64,000 nucleotides of DNA, taken from the human T2T-CHM13v2.0 reference genome, Homo sapiens. Numbering within the stretch: position 1 is the first letter of the stretch; each line of letters starts with the position of its first letter. Location: assembly GCF_009914755.1 (NCBI RefSeq), contig NC_060932.1; one strand, given 5' to 3'. Under the pieces are notes generated by a model. The model saw only the letters and a list, made by a program, of their open reading frames with translations. It did not search any database and was not told the origin of the DNA. A program made the translations under genes and the position numbers. This document shows, one piece after another, positions 56,980 to 64,000 of the stretch.

Positions 56980-58614
56980 TATAATCCCAATTTTTTTAAC
57001 CCTCCCCCAAATCGCCAAACACAAGCCGAAACCTTCTAATAGGTCTTTTGAAACATCCTTCTGCTGAGGCTCCCCACAGTTCCCTATGGTGTGGTCTCCC
57101 TCATTGCAACCAGCAATAAACTCAACTTGTTCAAACACAGGTGTGTGCCCAGTGGTCTTTGGCTGCAAGGTCATTGAGGAAATATGAATTCACACCCTGC
57201 CCAAAGCCTTAAGATCCCTTCGAGGAGGGGATTTGTGGCAAGGAGGACCTGAGCCTTCAATGAGGACTGCTGATTAAGTTTCCCTGTGAGGAAGAGAAAA
57301 GGGGGACCTGTTCCCCACCTTGTTTCTCTTCTGGAGTTTTAATCCTGGAAAACTTCCAAGAAGGGAGCATGACAAAGAGGGCAGTCTTCGGTGACAAGAA
57401 GAAGAAAATGATGGCTCTTAGATCTAGCAGGTGAAATCCCAGCCTCTTACCTGGGGAGCCCGTTAAGGCAGCAGGAGAAAAGTACACAGTTTGGTAAAGA
57501 TGAATCCCTTTGCCTGCCCTGCTTGAGGGCGGATTTTTGACCACTTGGGCAGCTCTCTCTGTGTCCCGAAATGGTTCCAGAGCACCTGTATTATTGCTGC
57601 TTACCTCCCTGCCACAGCCACTTCCACTCCAGAACTGACTTCCCTTCCCACAGAGTTGGATCATAAGTGCAAGAAAATGGGACAAAACCAGGTGAACAAG
57701 CGTGCTCCTTCTTCCTCCCTGTGGCTAGGTTTTCAAGCTTGGTGCAGGAGCTCCAGCAGGCATTTTCCCTTTCATGATTGCTTTCAACTAACACAAGGGA
57801 AAGAGCTTAAAGCAAACAGAAAACTTACCAACCCATCAAGGCTAATGTCAAGAGGTAGGACCAACCTCTCTCTTTCAAAATGCAACTTTACTTTCAGAGA
57901 AGCACCAGGTTTCCAGGAACCTGATGGGCTACATGGCGTGCCCAAATTCACATAGCAATGTTTTCTTATAAAGCAATTCTTTCCTGCTTTCAGACACAGT
58001 GAAATATGCTGCTTCAGGAGGATGTATAATTGCCACACAACAAATTATCCACAAACCAAAATTTAGGATTGCTCTTAAATTATTCAAGATGTTGGAAAAA
58101 TACATACACAAAACAGATCAATCAAAGAAATCAAATACATACCCCGCAGTTTTGAGAGAATTAGGTGAGAAACATTCTGCAATCGAACACCAGCAATTAT
58201 TTCTCCCACTGAGCAGTATCAGAAAGCTCGGAAAAAATTAAATGTGGTATCATATCACTAACCCACAAGTAGAAAATGTCATCCTGAGCACTGATATCAG
58301 TATACAGAATTACAAAGCCTAATAGAATCACAGAACAAATGCAAACCTGAGGGAATCACCATCTTTAAAATAAAACGATTATCTCCACGTGTGAGCTTTT
58401 TGCTGACAGGGGAGCTGCTACCTGATTTAAGGATCTCACTGTGGCTGGACTAGCGCATGGGCATGCCAGGGCGGAGGGGCGTCTCTGCATCCCACCAGCA
58501 CCTTAGTTGCCCACCTGTGGGACAGTTTAATCCGACAGAACAAAGCAGATGGCAGGTGTTGGGATGAAATCTCAGCATGCTAAGGACGCATTCTCTCTGT
58601 GCTCATTAAAAAGG

Positions 58615-59200
58615 TATAATAATCGGGGTAACTGAGCTGCTATCACAAATAAATCCCAAATTTCCAGGGCCTTAATAAAAAAAAGGTTTCTCACTTAAGT
58701 AATTTTCCAGTGTGAGTGTTCCTGGTCTATGGGCAGCTTTCTTCCCCATGATGCTTTCCATGTTATGGCTATAACCCCCCTCTACAGCAACAGTCCTCCT
58801 ACTTGGTTGTCTCCTAGAATCACTTATGGAGCTTTTCCTGCTGCTCAGACTACACCCCAGCCCAATTAATTAGCATTCCTAGGGGTGGACTCTGAGCACT
58901 AGGACTTTTTAAGGATCCCCAGGTGATTCCAATGACTGCAAAGGTTGCAATCACCATGTCAGAGCCCCAGAGTCCTTCACATTGGGCTGGTGGAAGAGGA
59001 GAGAGGCAGCAGAGAAGGCACCCCACTCTCTAAAGCCCTGACCCAGAGATGAGATGTTACTCTGCTCACATTCCATCATGGCAAACGTGTATGCAAGCAG
59101 GGACAGAAAAGGTAGTCTCTGCCTGGGCTGCCCTCTCCCGGTAACCTTCCCACAACACAGAAGGGAGAGTACATATTTTTGGTGGACAGCTGAATATCTT
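58615..59200 (-). mobile_element. Old MaLR LTR (MLT1K/L-like) with MER5-like insert at about 58790-58950
   Basis: GCTGCTATCACAAATAAATCCCAAAT...CTGCTCACATTCCAT...TTTTGGTGGACAGCT; insert contains CCCCAGGTGATTCCAATG. Confidence 0.6.
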
Positions 59201-60442
59201 GATAAAGCGGTGAGCATATGAGAGGGGCTGAACAGAAGCAGACATCAGAAAGGAGAAAGGAGGTGAGGGTTAGGAGTAGAGAGACAGAAGAGGAGAGAAC
59301 CACAGCAGTTGGAAAGTCGATGTCAATTGGCCCCTCACTCCATCTGGTGCCATTGCTCACCTGGGAATATAAGTGCCACCCTCTGCTCAGTCTCCCACCC
59401 TGGACACACTGCTTCACCAGTGTTTTGGTTTGGGTTTGGGTTTGTAGTTTTTTCAAAGTACAATCTCAGTGACCGCCAAATCACTTTTTCTGAAATTGGC
59501 ATCAAATCAAAAGCAAAACACTGGGAGGCATTCTCATCTCCCCAACTCAGTTGAGGGACCCTGATGAATCAAGATCAAATTATATGACCATATAGGATCA
59601 ATTCCTCTCCCTACCAAATAAGGAGCATTGCTTTGGGGGTAGTTGGTACTTCGATACACCTGCATACTCCATGCTGAGGGGAAAGACATGGAAAGATAAG
59701 CAGTAACATCAAGATTTTTAGCAGCCAGAGGAAGTGCTTGGTAGAGCCCCATTGGCTGGGACATACAATGGCCTGTGTTTAAAGCCAAAATAGAGCCCAT
59801 CTTCTGCTTGGCTCCAATACAGAAGTCACTCTTTTTACCAAATTAAGCCAAAGCGGAAACTCCTTCCCAATGCCATGGTGTAGCAGAAAACATGGAGGCA
59901 GAACCCAGGGGTAGTGGCACACGGCAACTGCTCAGAACAGAGATGAGCAAGCCCTGGAGCCTTGGGAAACGGACACTTCTGACAACTATGCAGCTGTTTT
60001 TGCAGAGCATGTTGAGAAACATCAGTCTCCTTTAAATACTATTCACATAGACTCATGCTGAAAATGAACTCAGACCAGTGGCAGAGAGGGACTTAGAATT
60101 CTCTAAAAATGCTAATAAGGGCCAGATACAACCAATCAATAGTCCCACAGAGTGGCTGGGGACAAAAACCATGCTGACCACATGGAAATGGTCAGCAGGA
60201 TGAGGATGGTGTAAGAAAAGATGCCTGGATCAGACCAGGACTGAGATGATTTCTTGGCTACAGTTTGCTGAGGGTTTCCCCAGGAGGTTAGGAAGTGGAA
60301 ATGAATCTCACAACACCACTGGATAGTATTCATGATTGTTGTAAATAATCAAGCTTGGGTAACCCCTAGAGTAATCTACATAATGTTCTAATTCCATGGT
60401 GGGAGTTACATCACACCCAGCATGTCCTGTTTGTTACCTTTA

Positions 60443-60475
60443 CATGGCATGGCATGGCATGGTGTGGCATGGCAT
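60443..60475. repeat. (CATGG)n pentamer repeat
   Basis: CATGGCATGGCATGGCATGGTGTGGCATGGCAT. Confidence 0.9.
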
Positions 60476-61253
60476 AGTAATACCCTTCCAGGTATTAATA
60501 GAAATATAGACCTAATCTGGATATGCCCCACTAGACTGACATAGTCATAATCCCAGTGTCCAGAGGGGGGCGCCCAGGCAAGCAGTTTGCTCCACAAGGA
60601 ATACAGGTGTCAGTAGCATTGGAAAGAAGAAAGAAGAAGGAGAAGGAAGAGGAGGAGGAGGAAGGGATAGAGGGAAGGAGGAAGAGAGAAGGAAGAAAAC
60701 AGGCCTCACTTCTGGGAGGAAATACAGTATACAGAAAATAATAGATTCAAGCATGATGAAAGCAGAATTCAGTGCAGACTCTGGCAAAAGCTAATGTTTA
60801 TGACCTTGGACAAGTCCCATATCATCTCTGGGCTTCAGTGGCCTCCTGTAAAATGACAGTATTGGACTAGAAAATCAAAAGGCCCCTTCCAGTTCTGCAA
60901 TCCTTCCTTCTATTCAATGATAAAGATAATTATAGAAAAATGACTACCTAAAATCAACTTGGTTTCTTGTAAGAAATGACTTCATATAAGTCTCTAGTCA
61001 TTTCTAAATTATTGATGCAAAAGAACTCAGATTAGAAATTATGCAGGCCTCTGCTTTCTCCTTTTCTGGTTCTGCTACTTGTAGCCATCATCTTGTTCAT
61101 TGAAGTTACTGTAAGATGAACAGCAGGAAAAAAAAGAGAGAAGGAGCTAAAATGCAATCATTTCATTTTCCTTACTTGGTGAAGAGCAAATATTGAGCAA
61201 CAACATGCCAGTAGGTACCAGTGGGGACTTGATACATCAAAGAGGAAAAGGAA

Positions 61254-61568
61254 GGCTGGGTGCAGTGGCTCACACCTGTAATCCCAGCACTTTGGGAGGC
61301 CAAGGCAGGTGGATGACTTGAGGTCAGGAGTTGAAGACCAGCCTGGACAACATGGTGAAATCCTGTCTCTACAGAAAATACAAAATTAGCTGGGCGTGGT
61401 GGTGCACACCTGTAATCCCAGCTAATAGGGAGGCTGAGGCAGGAGAATTGTTTCAAACCCAGAGGCGGAGGCTGCAGTGAACCAAGATCGCACCACTGCA
61501 CTCCAGCCTGGGCAACAGAGTGAGACTCTGTCTCAAAATAAATAAATACATTTTTAAAAAAAAAAAAA
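61254..61568 (+). mobile_element. AluS/J
   Basis: Full dimer with A-rich tail. Confidence 0.93.
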
Positions 61569-62064
61569 GGAAGAGGAGAAGAAGGAAATGTAAGCCTTGT
61601 TTGACATGCCCATGATTTGCTGCCCTGTCGTTGGCATGTAAGGAGAGCTGGCACATAATGACCAGCCTTCTTTGCTGTCTGCTGGGGAGGCCTCTGAATG
61701 TATGTGAGCCTTAGATTGGATTTCTCATGGTAACTTAGATCTGATGTATCTTTTCTCATTAAAGCTCTGGTCTTCTCGTTCTTAAAAATTTGTACTTTCA
61801 TTCTATTTATGCTGTCTCACATCACACATAAAAAGGCAGCAGTAATTGTGTGAATCTGGCCATCTTACATGTACCAAACTCAGTTGTTCAGTGGACACTT
61901 GGTGATGAGGTCATCTTTCAGGACTTTTGTGTTCATGAGGTGTTGGGATAAACTCCTGTCTTCTTAGACATATTTACACCAGCACTGTATACCTAAATGT
62001 GGCCCACAGCTACAAAGGACAGTCTTAAGCAGAGATCTGTCGTCTCTCAAAAGTCAAACCTCTA

Positions 62065-62216
62065 GGCTAGGGGAGGGATAGCATTAGGAGAAATACCTAA
62101 CATAGATGACGGGTTGCTGGGTGCAGCAAACCACCATGGCACATGTATACCTATGTAACAAACCTGCACATTCTGCACATGTATCCCAGAACTTAAAGTA
62201 TATTTTAAAAAAAAAG
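62065..62216 (+). mobile_element. Severely 5'-truncated L1PA7-like insertion, ~150 bp
   Basis: L1 3'UTR end and poly-A; perfect 15-bp TSD AAAGTCAAACCTCTA at 62050-62064 and 62217-62231. Confidence 0.93.
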
Positions 62217-62239
62217 AAAGTCAAACCTCTACTTGGTCA

Positions 62240-62626
62240 TTGGATAAGTGAGGATAAGCTTAGTTGTCCTTACAGATAGCCACAAAGATTTAGGTGTCTA
62301 AAGAACAAGGAGTTTATTCTTTTTCCTGTAACAGTCCAGGTACCCAGGCTGACAATGGCGCTGCCATCTTCAGAAAGTGGCTACCAAGGCCTCTCTGGGA
62401 ATTGTCATCCAGTTAGCCATGAGAGGAAAGGAGCATAAAGGAACTCACCAGGGAGGTTTTTATGGGCCAGGCCTGACAGCTATACATATTACTTCCATTC
62501 ACATTCTGCTAGACAGCACTTAGACACCTGGTTAAATCTCAATGTATAGAAGACTAGGAAATGTAATCTCACTGTGACCAGAGAAAGGGCAAATGGATTC
62601 TGATGAATGCCTAGTGGTATTTACCA
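62240..62626 (-). mobile_element. Old MaLR/ERVL LTR fragment
   Basis: TTTTATGGGCCAGGCCTG...ACTTCCATTCACATTC...GGAAATGTAATCT motifs. Confidence 0.5.
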
Positions 62627-62926
62627 CAGCATTTTTCAATTACAGGTCACAACTCAGTGCATCATAAAATCAATCCAGGAAGTAGAAATTAGCAGAGCAG
62701 AGAAGGGAAGAGAACAGAACTGAATGGAATGGGGAGGATGGAAGGGGAGGAACAGAAGGAGAAGAGAGCAAGGGCCTGGGTGGGGAGGGATCAGAGAATA
62801 TTGCATGTGTAAGGGTAAGTACTGTTTAATGAAATGTGTGTATCAGTTTTGTGTATGTTAATAAGTTATAAGGCAAAATGAATTTCCTCCTGTGGGTCAC
62901 AGTCAGAAATGTTTGAACGTCCACTT
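62627..62926. mobile_element. hAT-Charlie element, MER103C-like
   Basis: TACAGGTCACAAC...ATAAAATCAAT...GTAAGGGTAAGTACTGTTT...TGTGGGTCACAGTCA. Confidence 0.55.
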
Positions 62927-62932
62927 GCTTAA

Positions 62933-63282
62933 TGTATTAGTCCATTTTCACACTGCCGATAAAGACATACCTGAGACTGGGCAATTTACAAAAAAAAAAG
63001 AGGTTTATTGGACTTATAGTTCCACGTGGCTGGGGAGACCTCACAATCATGGTGGAAGGTGAAAGGCACATTTCACATGGCAGCAGACAAGAGAAGAGAG
63101 CTTGTGAAGGGAAACTCTCCTGTTTAAAACCATCAGATCTTGTAAGATTCACTCACTATCATGAGAAGAGCACAGGAATGACTCACCCCTATAATTTAAT
63201 CACCTCCCACCAGCTTCCTCCCACGACAGGTGGGGATTGTGGAAGGTGCAATTCAAGATGAGATTTGGGTGGGGACACATCA
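62933..63282 (-). mobile_element. MaLR solo LTR, THE1B/C-like
   Basis: TGTATTAGTCCATTTTCACACTGC...GAGATTTGGGTGGGGACACA; 5-bp TSD CTTA(A/G) at 62928-62932 and 63283-63287. Confidence 0.92.
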
Positions 63283-63574
63283 CTTAGTCTCCGTCTCTTC
63301 TTAAGTTTGTTATTTAAAAATCTAGGAAAAATAAAAATAAAAAAATCCCAGAAAAATGTGGGGGTTTTTTCTTCCCTCAGCCTACTATTATAATATGTCT
63401 CATTGAACAACAAACTAACACTATTCATTATTCACTATAGGGTGGGATTCTGTCTTGGACACCACTGAGTGGGGGAAATACATTCCTTTATTCATCTATT
63501 TATCCATAACAAAACAGAACTAGATGTGGAGTTGGAAAACCTGGATTCAGATCCCTGCTGTTAGGCTACTTCAT

Positions 63575-63745
63575 GTATTCATCCCCTTCACAAATACGTA
63601 TTGAGTACCCACCATGTGTTAGTCACCATGCTGGATGGTGGAGATAAAGCATTCAGCAAATAGTCAAGGTCTCTGACCTCACTTTTCTTTGGAGAGACAA
63701 ACAATAAACAAGGAAACAAACCAGGTAACTATAGATTATGAAAGG
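63575..63745 (-). mobile_element. L2 3' end fragment
   Basis: CAAATACGTATTGAGTACC...GGTCTCTGACCTCA...GGAGAGACAAACAATAAACAAG. Confidence 0.65.
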
Positions 63746-63772
63746 CATATTCTCTTAACCTCTTAGGGCCTC

Positions 63773-64000
63773 TGTATTAGTCAGGGTTCTCTAGAGGAAC
63801 AGAACTAATGGAATAGATATAGAGATGATAGAGATAGAGATAGAGATATAAAGGGGAGTTTATTAAGTATTAACTCACATGATCACAAGGTCTCACAATA
63901 GGCTGTCTGTAGGCTGAGGAGCAAAGAGAGCCAGTCCGAGTCCCAAAATTGAAGAACTTGAGGTCTGATGTTCAAGGGCAGGAAGCATCCAGCACAGGAG
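63773..64000 (-). mobile_element. HERV-L LTR, MLT2A-like, truncated by the window end
   Basis: TGTATTAGTCAGGGTTCTCTAGAGGAACAGAACTAAT...AAAGGGGAGTTTATTAAGTATTAACTCACA. Confidence 0.9.

Noticed and set aside
58283-58301. Resemblance of CCTGAGCACTGATATCAGT to miR-24 arm sequence
   Set aside because: Only a partial match, with no complementary arm or precursor hairpin.
58143-58318. Possible coding exon on the minus strand (FVILYTDISAQDD...)
   Set aside because: An in-frame TAA follows ...AQWEK and the length (176 nt) is not a multiple of three; kept only as a non-coding candidate.
61172-61801. Longest track ORF (209 aa, minus strand)
   Set aside because: The middle is antisense Alu translation ([12 protein letters not shown]...SQSAGITG); no other coding evidence.

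Overview
Primate, most likely human or great-ape, non-coding genomic DNA. It contains AluY/S/J, L1PA4-7, THE1, MER41 and MLT2A elements. No protein-coding gene, tRNA, rRNA or CRISPR array is supported; the longer ORFs in the track derive from Alu, L1 or simple repeats, or are unsupported chance ORFs. Roughly half the window is interspersed repeat: a full-length but dead L1PB1 (10.1-16.3 kb, minus strand), several 5'-truncated L1s, about 20 Alu/FLAM copies, about 15 solo LTRs, DNA-transposon MITEs and old L2/MIR/L3 fragments, many with readable target-site duplications (TSDs) and nesting. The repeat-free blocks hold candidate splice sites for a plus-strand spliced transcript (including an 11-nt ATG-containing microexon candidate), a possible minus-strand first exon, and candidate enhancer motifs (GAS sites in MER41, an ETS/AP-1 composite, an ISRE-like site, a duplicated AP-1 site in MER21C, CTCF-like sites). 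Subfamily names come from my recall of consensus sequences, not from a database search, and boundaries of old elements are approximate. I could not identify the locus, and I found no convincing novel biological system; all exon and regulatory calls are hypotheses.
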